A stretch of 64,000 nt of DNA, from the NCBI GenBank assembly GCA_037131085.1, contig JBAXRS010000003.1, positions 2,683-66,682 on the forward strand. Reading direction: 5' to 3'. Position 1 is the stretch's first letter. Each line of letters opens with the position of its first letter. Below are positions 1 to 9,164 of the stretch, piece after piece. Below the pieces are notes generated by a model. That model was not told where the DNA came from. It made no database searches and was given only the letters and a program-made list of their open reading frames with translations. Made by a program: the position numbers and the translations under genes. The stretch comes from Verrucomicrobiota bacterium (GTDB taxonomy: Bacteria; Verrucomicrobiota; Verrucomicrobiia; Opitutales; UBA953).

Positions 1-1530
1 CGCATCGTCAACATGGTCAACGGACCAGATGGCTGCCTTTACCTCGTCGATATGTATCGCGGGATCATCCAAGAAGGTAATTGGGTGAAGGACGGAAGTT
101 ATCTGCGTAAAGTCGTCCAACAGTATGGCCTCGATAAGGTTTACGGTCATGGCCGCGTCTGGCGCCTCGTGCACAAGGATTTCAAACCTGGCCCTCAGCC
201 TCATATGCTGGATGAGACCCCAGCCCAGTTGGTCGCCTATCTTTCGCACCCCAACGGCTGGTGGCGCGATACGGCTCAGAAGCTCCTCGTGCTCAAGGGC
301 GACAAGTCTGTCGTGCCGGCGCTCAATGAGCTCGCCTTGCATGGTACGGATGCCCTGGGGCGGACGCACGCGCTTTGGACGCTTGAAGGTCTGGGCGCGC
401 TGGAGGCCAAGACTGTCCGAGCGTTCCTTGCGGATGCCAATCCTCAGCTCCGCCAGCAAGGTCTCCGCGCCGGCGAATCGCTCGTCCGCGCCGGTGACAA
501 GTCTCTGATCGAGGATTTTACGAAACTCGGCGCTGACAAGGATGCTTCGGTGGTCTTGCAATCCATCATGACTGCCAAACTTCTTGGCTCGAATGATATC
601 AAGGCATGGGCGAACAGTTCAAATTTCATCCAAAAGACTTTGCTTACTGCGACCTCCAAGGGCGTGAAAGAACTCGGCGCCACTATCCTCACGGGTAACG
701 AACAAACGGGTGGCAAGGAATACACCGGCGAAGAGAATAAACTGCTCGTCAAGGGCCAAGCCATCTTCCGGGAGCTATGTTTCGCTTGTCACGGCTATGA
801 CGGTAAAGGTATGGCCATCGACGGCCCTAAGCCTGGCATGACCATCGCCCCGCCTCTGAGTAATTCCAAGACGGTCCGCGGACACCGCGATGGTATCGTC
901 CGCGCTTTGCTTAACGGCATGTCCGGACCCATTGGCGGCAAGACCTATGACGCCCAAATGGTGCCCATGGCCATGAATGACGACGAGTGGATCGCCGCCG
1001 TGGCTTCTTATGTGCGTAACTCTTTTGGCAACAAGGGAGCGATTATCTTTCCCAAGGATGTCGCCCGTATCCGCGAAGAAGTGAGGGGAGTCGCGACTCC
1101 CTGGACGAATGACACCCTGCAAGCGGCGTTACCTAAGATGCTTCTCGGCGATAAAGCTTGGATAGTTTCCGCCAGCGATGCCGCAGATACCGCATCTAAG
1201 GGCTGTGATGCAGATGCTAAATCACGCTGGGAGACCAAGTCCGACCAGAAGAAGGGCATGTGGTATCAGGTCGAACTACCCGCCGCCCAGACCGTCGCTG
1301 GCGTGCGCCTAGATGCCTCCAGCCGACCCAGCGCTTTTCCTAAGAACTTCAAAGTCGAGGGTTCATTAGACGGAAAGAAATGGTTCACGCTCGGCACCAG
1401 TCATGGGCTGTACTTCATGTCTGAAGCCTACTTCGGTGCCAAACCCACTAAATTCGTGAAGGTCACTCTGACCGATGTCACTAAGGGCCAGCCTTGGGCG
1501 ATTCAGGAAGTCCAATTGATCACGCAGTAA
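1..1530 (+). CDS. PVC-type heme-binding CxxCH protein, C-terminal part (5' end lies outside the window), with a C-terminal F5/8 type C (discoidin)-like domain
   Basis: The frame is open from base 1. It has a cytochrome-c heme motif CFACHGYDG (CxxCH) with helical HEAT-like repeats upstream. The C-terminal segment WETKSDQKKGMWYQVEL...FKVEGSLDGKKWFTLG looks like a discoidin domain. This architecture is typical of Planctomycetes/Verrucomicrobia membrane-bound dehydrogenase-domain heme proteins. Confidence 0.7.
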   Translation, partial: RIVNMVNGPDGCLYLVDMYRGIIQEGNWVKDGSYLRKVVQQYGLDKVYGHGRVWRLVHKDFKPGPQPHMLDETPAQLVAYLSHPNGWWRDTAQKLLVLKGDKSVVPALNELALHGTDALGRTHALWTLEGLGALEAKTVRAFLADANPQLRQQGLRAGESLVRAGDKSLIEDFTKLGADKDASVVLQSIMTAKLLGSNDIKAWANSSNFIQKTLLTATSKGVKELGATILTGNEQTGGKEYTGEENKLLVKGQAIFRELCFACHGYDGKGMAIDGPKPGMTIAPPLSNSKTVRGHRDGIVRALLNGMSGPIGGKTYDAQMVPMAMNDDEWIAAVASYVRNSFGNKGAIIFPKDVARIREEVRGVATPWTNDTLQAALPKMLLGDKAWIVSASDAADTASKGCDADAKSRWETKSDQKKGMWYQVELPAAQTVAGVRLDASSRPSAFPKNFKVEGSLDGKKWFTLGTSHGLYFMSEAYFGAKPTKFVKVTLTDVTKGQPWAIQEVQLITQ

Positions 1531-1554
1531 GTTTAACCGCATCTTAGTATGATA

Positions 1555-1579
1555 CAGGGCCGCCGAAATGGCGGCCCTG
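1555..1579 (+). terminator. Candidate intrinsic terminator hairpin after the heme-protein gene
   Basis: Perfect 10-bp stem cagggccgcc / ggcggccctg with a 5-nt loop (gaaat), 25 nt after the stop codon. The downstream T-tract is weak (actatttg). Confidence 0.45.
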
Positions 1580-1807
1580 ACTATTTGCGTATAGTGGGAG
1601 GTGACGGATGGCGGAAGTCTTTCGCTTGGCGGTGCGCTTTGGCCGAGTGCGTTCTTTCTAATCTTTGTAGGATGGCTGTTTGGGTGGAGCGTGAAGGTGG
1701 CCAGAGGATACCTTTAGGTCGAAAATTTGAGTACTAGCAGGATAGGGGTGTTTTTGGGTTGGAACCCATCGGCAATTAAGGACTCTCATTCACATACCCT
1801 TATCCCC

Positions 1808-3016
1808 ATGAAGCTACTCCTGTCCCTCCTGCTGGCTCTTGCTAGCTTTGCCACCCTCCAAGCCGCCGGCGATGCTCCTGGTCTCGTCAATGGTAACCCG
1901 CCCGACATCAAGACGCTCAAGACCGGTGACAAGGCGCCTGATTTCGAGCTCCTGGGGACCGATGGCAAGAAGCACAAGCTCGCCGAATACACCGGCGGCG
2001 AAGCGCTCGTCGTGCTCTTTACCTCCAACCACTGCCCGACCTCGCACAGCATCGAGCGTCGCCTCCAGAAGTTCTATGAAGAATACAAGGGCAAGGGCGT
2101 GAAGCTCCTCGCGATCAACCCCAACCACCCGGACGGCCTCAGCAAAGATGAGCTAGGTTATGGTGAATTCGGTGACTCTTACGCCGAGATGAAGCCTTAC
2201 TCCGAAAAGAACCATTGGACGTTCGATTACCTTTACGACGGTGACACCCAGAAGATTGCCCGCGAGTACGGTTGCCTCGCGACCCCGCACGTCTTCGTCT
2301 TCGATAAAAATCTAAAGCTTTGCTACAAGGGCCGCTTCGACGACTCACGCTACTATGATGACGCCACGGTCAAATCGAAGGATTGTCAGAACGCCGTCGA
2401 CGAAATCCTCGCCGGTAAGCCGGTTACCTTGGCTGAAACCAAGCCCATGGGTTGCTCGACCAAGTGGCGCGAAAAGAAATTCCTCCATGACGCCAAGCAC
2501 GATGCCTGGGCCAAGACCCCGGTCACCGTCGAGCCGATCGACAAAGCGGGTATCGCTAAGCTCCGCGCCAACACTTCCAACAAATACCGAATCATCAACG
2601 TCTGGGCTACGTGGTGCTCGCCTTGCGTTCAGGAGTTTCCTGACCTCGTCGAGATCTCGCGTAAATTCGACATGCGCGACTTCGAACTCGTAACCATCAG
2701 CATGGATAAGCCTGAGGATAAGGCCAAAGCCGAAGCCTTCCTCTTTAAGCAAGCCGCGGGGATGAGCAAGAAAGTGGAAGCGTCCCTAAAGAAGGAAGGC
2801 CGAACGACTAACAGCTACCTCTTCGCCGGCAGTGCCGATGATCTCGCCGCCGCCCTCGATAAGGATATGCCTGGTCCGATTCCTCACACCATCGTCGTCG
2901 CTCCCGGCGGCGAAATCGTTTATCGGCACAACGGCATCATCAATCGTGACGATACGGCCAACGCCATCCTCGATAAGATGAACCGTTTTTACTCTCCCGG
3001 CGCGGTTAAGAAGTAA
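1808..3016 (+). CDS. Secreted thioredoxin-fold protein with two redoxin/TlpA-like domains
   Basis: I chose the internal ATG at 1808 because it starts a signal peptide (MKLLLSLLLALASFATLQA). The first domain has FTSNHCPTSH (CxxS) and the second has WATWCSPCVQEFP (canonical WCxxC). Confidence 0.75.
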   Translation: MKLLLSLLLALASFATLQAAGDAPGLVNGNPPDIKTLKTGDKAPDFELLGTDGKKHKLAEYTGGEALVVLFTSNHCPTSHSIERRLQKFYEEYKGKGVKLLAINPNHPDGLSKDELGYGEFGDSYAEMKPYSEKNHWTFDYLYDGDTQKIAREYGCLATPHVFVFDKNLKLCYKGRFDDSRYYDDATVKSKDCQNAVDEILAGKPVTLAETKPMGCSTKWREKKFLHDAKHDAWAKTPVTVEPIDKAGIAKLRANTSNKYRIINVWATWCSPCVQEFPDLVEISRKFDMRDFELVTISMDKPEDKAKAEAFLFKQAAGMSKKVEASLKKEGRTTNSYLFAGSADDLAAALDKDMPGPIPHTIVVAPGGEIVYRHNGIINRDDTANAILDKMNRFYSPGAVKK

Positions 3017-3026
3017 AGACATTCAT

Positions 3027-3079
3027 CCAAAGAATAAAGCCCCGGACGCAGCGATGCGGGCCGGGGCTTTATTCTTTGG
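3027..3079. terminator. Bidirectional intrinsic terminator between convergent genes
   Basis: Perfect 19-bp inverted repeat ccaaagaataaagccccgg (3027-3045) / ccggggctttattctttgg (3061-3079). A/T runs flank it on both sides. It lies between the + gene ending at 3016 and the - gene ending at 3092. Confidence 0.75.
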
Positions 3080-3091
3080 GATGCGGCGGGC

Positions 3092-3808
3092 TTACACCGC
3101 GATCGCGAACGTCTGGTCCAGTGGATTGAGCCAGACCTTCACGCGGGGCATCCAAGACGGGCCGATGATGGCGTCGATATCGAGGGCACGGAGAAACGGT
3201 CCCATCGGCACCGGTGAGATGCCGCCGCCAAGGACGCACGGGGCTTCGCCAACATGTTCCAGTAGTTCATGACCCGCGAGCGTGAAGGGCAGGGTGTAGG
3301 ACTGCGGGATATTCAGGTCGCCGAACATCGGACTGAAGTCCTTGAAGCCCGCCTGCGGCTTGATGCCGGTCACGAACTTACGGTCGGTCACGTAGCCATA
3401 CTGCGCTCCCGTATCCCAGAGCACGCGCGCCGGCTGGCCGTTGAGCGTCACGGGGAAGAGCGGGATGTCGGACATCGTGACGTGTTCGTAAGACTGAGCT
3501 TTGAAGCCAGCGGGCATTTCATCACCTGAGATGAGCGTGCGATGGGCGACGTCGAAGAGCAGGGTGGTCTGGGCGAGGTAATCCATGCCAATCAGCGCGT
3601 CGACCTGGGCGCCGATCTCGGCGGATAATTTATCGAAGGTGAAACCCATATAGCCTCCCTTGTTCACGCCGTGGTTCTGATTCTGCCAAGTCATCCGCCC
3701 GGAGGTCGAGGAGCTGAAAGGGGCACCCGTGTCAATGAGGGCGCGACCCTCGGGGAGGTCGATGAACAGGTGGCGATTGAGCAGATACAGACGGTAGGTG
3801 CAGACCAT
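3092..3808 (-). CDS. Retropepsin-like aspartic protease with two DTG lobes in one chain
   Basis: There are two signature pairs: ALIDTGAP...ALIGMDYL and VLWDTGAQ...AIIGPSWM. Each lobe is about 115 aa. No obvious signal peptide. Confidence 0.6.
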   Translation of the reverse strand: MVCTYRLYLLNRHLFIDLPEGRALIDTGAPFSSSTSGRMTWQNQNHGVNKGGYMGFTFDKLSAEIGAQVDALIGMDYLAQTTLLFDVAHRTLISGDEMPAGFKAQSYEHVTMSDIPLFPVTLNGQPARVLWDTGAQYGYVTDRKFVTGIKPQAGFKDFSPMFGDLNIPQSYTLPFTLAGHELLEHVGEAPCVLGGGISPVPMGPFLRALDIDAIIGPSWMPRVKVWLNPLDQTFAIAV

Positions 3809-3928
3809 GTTGAAAAAAGTTTCTTTAGGGGGTTCTTAATTACTGACAGTTGAAAATGGTAACAGTGGGTTATCAAGCGGCAGAACGCCTGAAAAGCGAG
3901 CCCTGGTCTCTGTCTGGGCATAAAGAAG

Positions 3929-3950
3929 CCCCGGATCGGGTGATCCGAGG
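3929..3950 (-). terminator. Candidate intrinsic terminator downstream of the oxidoreductase gene
   Basis: Hairpin ccccggatc-gggt-gatccgagg (one mismatch). On the minus strand it is followed by CTTCTTTAT. It starts 27 nt after the stop codon at 3977. Confidence 0.45.
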
Positions 3951-3976
3951 CCTCTGGAGGGTGGCTGGAGGGCTAT

Positions 3977-5140
3977 TTAAGCCTTTTTCACCTTAACCCA
4001 CTGCTTTGTCTTAGCGGACTCTAAAACGGCGTCACAGACGTACTGGGTGCCCAAGGCGTGGCGGAAGTCAGGGTAGGCCTTGGGTGCTTTCGGATTATCG
4101 AGGCTCTTAAGGAACTCAGCCAGGGCGTGGGTGAAGGAGTGCTCGTAGCCGAGGCACAGACCCGGGACCCACCAGTTACCCGAGTAGGGGTGATCGCCGT
4201 CGGAGGTGTGGATGCTGGCCCAGCCGCGTCGATCGCCAGGAACGGCGTGGTCGAAGTAGTTCAGGCGGTTGAGATCATGGAGATCCCATTGCAGGGACTT
4301 GTTCTCGCCGTTGATCTCGAACGTGTAGAGAGCCTTGTGACCACGGGCGTAGCGAGTCGACTCGAACTGAGCGAGCGATCCGTTTTCAAAGCGGCAAAGG
4401 AAGATACAAGCATCATCGATGGTGACCGGGTGGACCTTGCCGGTAGCCGTGTGGACGCGCTCTTTAATGAACGTCTCGGTCATCGCGGAAACTTCGGTGA
4501 TCTCACCATTGATCCAGCGGGCCGTATCAATGCAGTGAGCGAGCAAGTCGCCCGTTACACCCGAGCCAGCGGCTGCGGCGTCGAGGCGCCAGAGACCCGC
4601 GCCGCCCTGCGGCAGCTCGGTCGAGATCGTCCAATCCTGCAGGAAGTTCGCGCGGTAGTGAAAGATCCGGCCAAGTTCACCGGCCGCCACGATATTCTTC
4701 GCAAGCGTTACGGCGGGGAGGAAGCGGTAGTTATACCAGACGAGATTCGGGAGGCCGGATTTCTCGACTGCGGCGACCATCTGTTCGCCTTGCGTACCAT
4801 TGAGAGCAAGAGGCTTTTCGCACAGGATCATCTTGCCGTTCTTAATGCACTCCAGGGCGATTTCGGCGTGCGAGTCATTCGGGGTGCAGATGTCGATGGC
4901 GTCGATGTCGGAGCGCGTAACCATCTTGCGCCAATCCGTCTCGTAGGAGGCGTAACCCCACTTTTCAGCGAAGTCTTTGACTTTGGCCTCATCGCGGCCG
5001 CAGACAGCCTGACGAACGACGTGATGGCCGGCGGTAAGTTTGTCCTTGGGGAAGAAGTGACCGACCTGCGAGTAGGCGTTGGAGTGGGTACGGCCCATGA
5101 AACCGTAACCGATGAGACCGATGCGTATAGCTTTAGACAT
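3977..5140 (-). CDS. Gfo/Idh/MocA family oxidoreductase
   Basis: N-terminal Rossmann motif [19 protein letters not shown] and the EKP motif (LCEKPLA). The 387-aa length is typical for the family. Confidence 0.85.
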   Translation of the reverse strand: MSKAIRIGLIGYGFMGRTHSNAYSQVGHFFPKDKLTAGHHVVRQAVCGRDEAKVKDFAEKWGYASYETDWRKMVTRSDIDAIDICTPNDSHAEIALECIKNGKMILCEKPLALNGTQGEQMVAAVEKSGLPNLVWYNYRFLPAVTLAKNIVAAGELGRIFHYRANFLQDWTISTELPQGGAGLWRLDAAAAGSGVTGDLLAHCIDTARWINGEITEVSAMTETFIKERVHTATGKVHPVTIDDACIFLCRFENGSLAQFESTRYARGHKALYTFEINGENKSLQWDLHDLNRLNYFDHAVPGDRRGWASIHTSDGDHPYSGNWWVPGLCLGYEHSFTHALAEFLKSLDNPKAPKAYPDFRHALGTQYVCDAVLESAKTKQWVKVKKA

Positions 5141-5180
5141 GATGCGAGGAGGGGAGTATAGGTTATAGGGGAGCGAAGAC

Positions 5181-6182
5181 TCAAAGAGCCTTCTTCACCT
5201 TGACCATCGCGGAGAGAATCGTGTTCCAGGTCTTCGGGTTTTCGAGCGTGGCATTCGGGAACATACAGCCATCCCAACAGATGTGCTTCATGCCGCGATC
5301 GGCGGCGCCTTGGAGCCAGATCTTAGAAGTGGCCGTGATGTCGAGCTTGCCCTTTGGATCGTCTGCCTGGCAGTGGCGACCGGTCTTGTCGTGCGAACCC
5401 GTGCCGTGGACGGTGCCGTCGTTCTGGGCTACGTGGAAATCGATCGTCCAAGGACGGAGCGCATCCGTCAGTTTAGCGTAGGCCTTATCGAACTGTGCTT
5501 GGGTGTACTTGCCCTTAAGCAAGGCGGTCTTGGGTGAGTTGACGCCGAGCAGGTAGAGATAGGTATGCGCGAGGTCGGCCTGGAAGCCAACAGTGCCGGG
5601 GAGGTCAACCGTTTCGAGGAGGTTCACCATGGATTTCCATGAGTGCATGCCAGCCCAACAGACTTCGCCCTCAGCGGCCAGACGCTCGCCATGACCGGCG
5701 GCGACGATACCTGCTTCGCGGAAGGTCGCGGCAATCTGCTTGATGGCCGCCGCCTCATTCTTCACCGCGGCCTTGGTGCCGGTGGCGCTGTCGATGCGGA
5801 TGACGCCATACTGGCGGACGCCGTGCTCGTTCAGTAACTTGGCGATACGGCAGGCCTTGCGGACGGCATCGATAAACTTACGGCGCTGCTCGACGGTACC
5901 CATGGCGCTGTCGCCGACCGTACCCGGCCAAACGGGGGCGACCAAGGAGCCGACGTTCAAACCGCGCTTGGCAATTTTGTCCGCCATCTTCTTGAGGTTG
6001 TCCTCGGAGATATCGGGGTCGGTGTGCGAGTGGAACAAGAACAGGTCGACGCCGTCAAACTTGTGACCGTCCACCTTGGCGGCGGCGGTCAGGTCGAGCA
6101 TGCGTTCGAGGGAGATCGGGGGGTGATCGGTGTTGGGCTCCTTGCCGACGAGGCCGGGCCACATGGCGTTGTGCAGTTTCAT
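5181..6182 (-). CDS. Sugar phosphate isomerase/epimerase (xylose isomerase-like TIM barrel)
   Basis: 333-aa ORF with sequence character of the AP endonuclease 2 / xylose isomerase-like TIM-barrel family. It sits 40 nt upstream of the Gfo/Idh/MocA gene, a very common pairing in PVC genomes. Confidence 0.75.
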   Translation of the reverse strand: MKLHNAMWPGLVGKEPNTDHPPISLERMLDLTAAAKVDGHKFDGVDLFLFHSHTDPDISEDNLKKMADKIAKRGLNVGSLVAPVWPGTVGDSAMGTVEQRRKFIDAVRKACRIAKLLNEHGVRQYGVIRIDSATGTKAAVKNEAAAIKQIAATFREAGIVAAGHGERLAAEGEVCWAGMHSWKSMVNLLETVDLPGTVGFQADLAHTYLYLLGVNSPKTALLKGKYTQAQFDKAYAKLTDALRPWTIDFHVAQNDGTVHGTGSHDKTGRHCQADDPKGKLDITATSKIWLQGAADRGMKHICWDGCMFPNATLENPKTWNTILSAMVKVKKAL

Positions 6183-6213
6183 GACTTGGGGTATGGGGGG
6201 TTAAGGGGAGGTT

Positions 6214-7488
6214 TTATTTCTTCTTATTTTTCTTATGAGCACCCATCGCCGGGGCGTTGGGGTTCACTTCCGGTCCGAAGTAGCGAAGACAAACCAGCGG
6301 CTCGGTGGTCGAGGTATTCTGGAACGTGATGCCGGCTTTGGCGCCGTCGGCCGTACAGAAGAATTCGTCTTCCGTGAGTTCGTTGAAGCGGATAAGCTTC
6401 GGGCTGTTGAGCGGCTCGTCGTTGATGAAGCCCGTGCCCTGGACGCAGATGAGACCATAAGCGCCGTTGTCCTTGATCGTGCATTCAGCACCGGGAGCCA
6501 CGGTGAGTTCCTTGGCCGTGAAGTATTGGAATTTATCGACCTTGCCGTAGACGATCCACTTATCTTCGTAGTCGTCGCCTTTCTCGGCGGTGACAGGTTC
6601 GAGGTAGTGGTTGTCCTTAAAGTTAGGATCTACGTTCTTGTCCCAGTCAAGTTGATCGACGATGAAGTCGACGTCTTGGTGCTTGGACTTGGGCATATCC
6701 TTGACGAGCAAGGCCCAGGGTACTTCACGTCCTTCAACGAGGTTCTGATACATACCAAAGACGTCCGAGCCCCATTGAGGCTCATAGGTGCAGAGCGAAC
6801 CGGGGGCATGCAAGATGCACGGGTCGATCAACCAACCAGTACCAGGCTGGAGCTTATAGGCCTTGGAGAGCTCGAGAATCTTGTTGTCGCCCTTGTTCCA
6901 GTTGGCAATGCACTCGCGCACCTGTGCCTTGGTCGTGCCAGGCTCAAAACCCATGAAAGTGTAGGGGAAATTATTACCGACGTTATTGTGCTGCGGGGGG
7001 AAGTAATAAGATTCCGGTTTGCCTTCGAGCCCGAGCAACTTCGCCTGCTTGGCGTTCTGGTGCATGTGGTGCGGGATCGGACCCATGTTGTCGAAGAACT
7101 TGGAGTAGACGGGCCACTTCTTATATTTCTTCCAGATGGGGGAACCGATGAGTTCGGCGCCGAGTTCGGCGACGGCTTGCTTCAGGGTGAAACGCACGTT
7201 GTCGATGATGACATAGGAGAGACCTTCGTCAGCCGTCCGGTTATCGTTCGCCGCTTCGGTGGTGGAAGCGAACCAGCGCTCGTCGATGCCGCCGCGGTGG
7301 AGACCGAATGCATAAAGATCATCCGGGTGAAGCTTGAGACGTTTACCGGGCTGCAGGAAAGAGCGTGGCACCCAGCAAGGGGCGAGGCGCAGCAAGCCGC
7401 CCGTGTGGGCCAGCTCTTTGCGCACCATGGCGGCAACGCCCGTTTTCTTGGTGGTTAAATCTTGGGTAATCTTAGGAGCAGGAATCAT
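6214..7488 (-). CDS. Cupin-fold protein resembling class I mannose-6-phosphate isomerase
   Basis: I chose the internal ATG at 7488 (MIPAPKITQD...); the longer ORF would add a non-protein-like leader. Segments GKPESYYF and CILHAPGS resemble PMI type I metal/substrate motifs. Assignment by motif memory only. Confidence 0.5.
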   Translation of the reverse strand: MIPAPKITQDLTTKKTGVAAMVRKELAHTGGLLRLAPCWVPRSFLQPGKRLKLHPDDLYAFGLHRGGIDERWFASTTEAANDNRTADEGLSYVIIDNVRFTLKQAVAELGAELIGSPIWKKYKKWPVYSKFFDNMGPIPHHMHQNAKQAKLLGLEGKPESYYFPPQHNNVGNNFPYTFMGFEPGTTKAQVRECIANWNKGDNKILELSKAYKLQPGTGWLIDPCILHAPGSLCTYEPQWGSDVFGMYQNLVEGREVPWALLVKDMPKSKHQDVDFIVDQLDWDKNVDPNFKDNHYLEPVTAEKGDDYEDKWIVYGKVDKFQYFTAKELTVAPGAECTIKDNGAYGLICVQGTGFINDEPLNSPKLIRFNELTEDEFFCTADGAKAGITFQNTSTTEPLVCLRYFGPEVNPNAPAMGAHKKNKKK

Positions 7489-7595
7489 GGTGTGATATGA
7501 AGTAGAGAAGAGTGGGTGAGGGTGAAAAGAGTTGGCAGGGAAGGTTCGATTTAGGGCAGTCCGTGGGCGGGGGACAAGAATTGAGTGCCAAAGCC

Positions 7596-8699
7596 TTAGG
7601 ACTTCAAAAACTGCCAATTAATCGGGACGGTTACCGAGACACCGTTTTCGCCCACAATCTTAACGAAATCGCTCCCGGCTGGGATAATGGCTTGGACCTG
7701 GCCAAAGCCCGGCGGCACGACCGTGGCGGCTTGGATGATGGGAAGCCTGACTTTCTCCCCTGCGGAAAAAAGACGCGTGGTGGGAATGCCCTGAGCTTGC
7801 AGACGATCTTCGCGACAGACCTCGACACTGTCCGAGAAGTGGGAGCAGACTTCTTCCAGACCCAGACGGCCAAGATGACGGCTTTCCCAAGGGTGACCCG
7901 AACGACCGCCGTTAGAAATCCAAAAGAGTGTCGCCGGGAAATCGGCGGCGTTCTTAAGCGAGAACCAGACGTAACCAGGGAAAGTCACGGCAGTCCAAGC
8001 AAAAGGTTGCGCCGCAGTGGCGGGTTCGTTCACGAGCATGATTAGATCATCGAAACCTTTACGAGCGGGATAGCGCGTGAGGTCAGCACGGGTACCATCT
8101 TTGCGCGGCACGTTGGTAAGATTTTTGATTTCCGCTTTAGGCAAGAGCGTACCCGCTTCGCCATTCGAAGCACTAGAGAATTCTCCGGGGTAGACCGAAC
8201 CCCAGTTAAACGCACTCGTGGCGATGCGAGCTTCGCCCTCAGGCACGGAGGAAAAATCTAGCACGGGGTGATTACCGTAATTCCATCTTCCAGTCAGGTG
8301 TTCGATGAGATGTTCGGAGTAGATAGCGTGATGTCCGTCGGTAAGGGAAAGTGTCTTGGTCACGAGGGCACCGGTGTCGCTGGCTTTTTGCGTCAAGCAT
8401 AGCTGGCGGGCGGACTGGGTCTTTAATTCCCAAAGGGCGTTGGCCGGGTCGCCGTGGGGAGGGCCGTTCGGTTGTCCGCCGAAAGGTAGGCAGAGGAAAT
8501 CGCCCCGTAAGTAACGCAGAAGATTAGGTAAACCCGCCTCGGCCTGCCTCGGCAGCCAAGGTGAAAGGGAGTAAGGCCGGGCCTCGATGGTACCGAGGTG
8601 GAAGGTGACCGGAGCCATGTGGCCGGCGGTCTGAGTCACCGCACAGGTGATCTCGTTCGACTTCAAAACATAACTAGACGCACCGTGGATGGTTTCCAT
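7596..8699 (-). CDS. Hypothetical protein, possibly with a galactose-mutarotase-like fold
   Basis: I chose the ATG at 8699 (METIHGASS...). The longer ORF reaching 8870 would overlap the divergent glutaredoxin gene start. GDFLCLPFGG...PPHG is reminiscent of the aldose-epimerase superfamily, but the support is weak. Confidence 0.45.
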   Translation of the reverse strand: METIHGASSYVLKSNEITCAVTQTAGHMAPVTFHLGTIEARPYSLSPWLPRQAEAGLPNLLRYLRGDFLCLPFGGQPNGPPHGDPANALWELKTQSARQLCLTQKASDTGALVTKTLSLTDGHHAIYSEHLIEHLTGRWNYGNHPVLDFSSVPEGEARIATSAFNWGSVYPGEFSSASNGEAGTLLPKAEIKNLTNVPRKDGTRADLTRYPARKGFDDLIMLVNEPATAAQPFAWTAVTFPGYVWFSLKNAADFPATLFWISNGGRSGHPWESRHLGRLGLEEVCSHFSDSVEVCREDRLQAQGIPTTRLFSAGEKVRLPIIQAATVVPPGFGQVQAIIPAGSDFVKIVGENGVSVTVPINWQFLKS

Positions 8700-8814
8700 G
8701 AAAGGAGGGTAAGTTTTACTGTCAGTGAAGCGTCGGCCTGTCAACGCCTCGGGTACCCTCTGCGGTTGACGTTGTCCTCTTGCCTTCACGAGTGTCGGGT
8801 GATTTATCTTTCTT

Positions 8815-9090
8815 ATGCCGCAACCATTGCCGATTTTATACATTAAACCCGAATGCCCCTGGTGCGTCAAAGCTTTGGCTTATTTTGCAGAGCAAGGTAT
8901 CGCACTCGATGTCCGGGACGTGATCAAGAGTATGCACGATATGCGCCAGATGGTAGCCTTGACCGGCCAGGCCAAATGCCCTTCGTTCCGCTACGGAGAT
9001 TTCATCGTCGCCGATTTTGCCGTCGAGGAATTCATCGCTAAGGCGACCAAGTTTCCGTCGGTGTGTAAGGATTTAGGTCTCAAGCTCTGA
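8815..9090 (+). CDS. Glutaredoxin-family protein
   Basis: 91 aa. N-terminal beta-strand plus active site LYIKPECPWCVKA (CPxC), which is the typical Grx/NrdH layout. Confidence 0.75.
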   Translation: MPQPLPILYIKPECPWCVKALAYFAEQGIALDVRDVIKSMHDMRQMVALTGQAKCPSFRYGDFIVADFAVEEFIAKATKFPSVCKDLGLKL

Positions 9091-9164
9091 AAGCTTTTCC
9101 GAGGAAATCCTCGGCTCACCCACACCCCTTAAACTTACCCTTGTAAGGGTAGGGTCTTTACCCT

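Noticed and set aside
1549-1737. A 62-aa ORF in the 277-nt gap between the heme-protein gene and the thioredoxin-like gene.
   Set aside because: It starts inside the terminator hairpin (1555-1579). It has no ribosome-binding context and an Arg/Trp/Gly-rich composition. It is probably non-coding leader or promoter DNA.
4058-5161. A 367-aa plus-strand ORF covering almost the whole Gfo/Idh/MocA gene on the opposite strand.
   Set aside because: It is a shadow ORF typical of moderately GC-rich coding DNA. The translation is Arg/Gly/Val/Ala-rich with no motifs, while the minus-strand product has clear family signatures. The same reasoning applies to 6235-7458 (+), 45554-46333 (+), 21927-22538 (+), 42133-42639 (+) and the other long antisense ORFs in the track.
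8700-8814. A GTCAAC...GTTGAC inverted repeat and a TTGACG -35-like hexamer in the divergent spacer upstream of the glutaredoxin-like gene.
   Set aside because: Only 6 bp match between the arms, and no acceptable -10 lies at the right spacing. This is too weak to call as an operator or promoter.
7596-8870. The long 5' extensions offered by the ORF track for several genes (7596-8870, 6214-7617, 40059-41750, 30706-31611, 47054-48463, 20354-21841, 58151-58921, 34428-35405, 17505-18194).
   Set aside because: The extensions overlap upstream genes or divergent starts and translate to Arg/Ser/Pro-rich non-protein-like sequence. Internal ATGs give signal peptides or canonical N-termini, and give classic ATGA or short-gap junctions.
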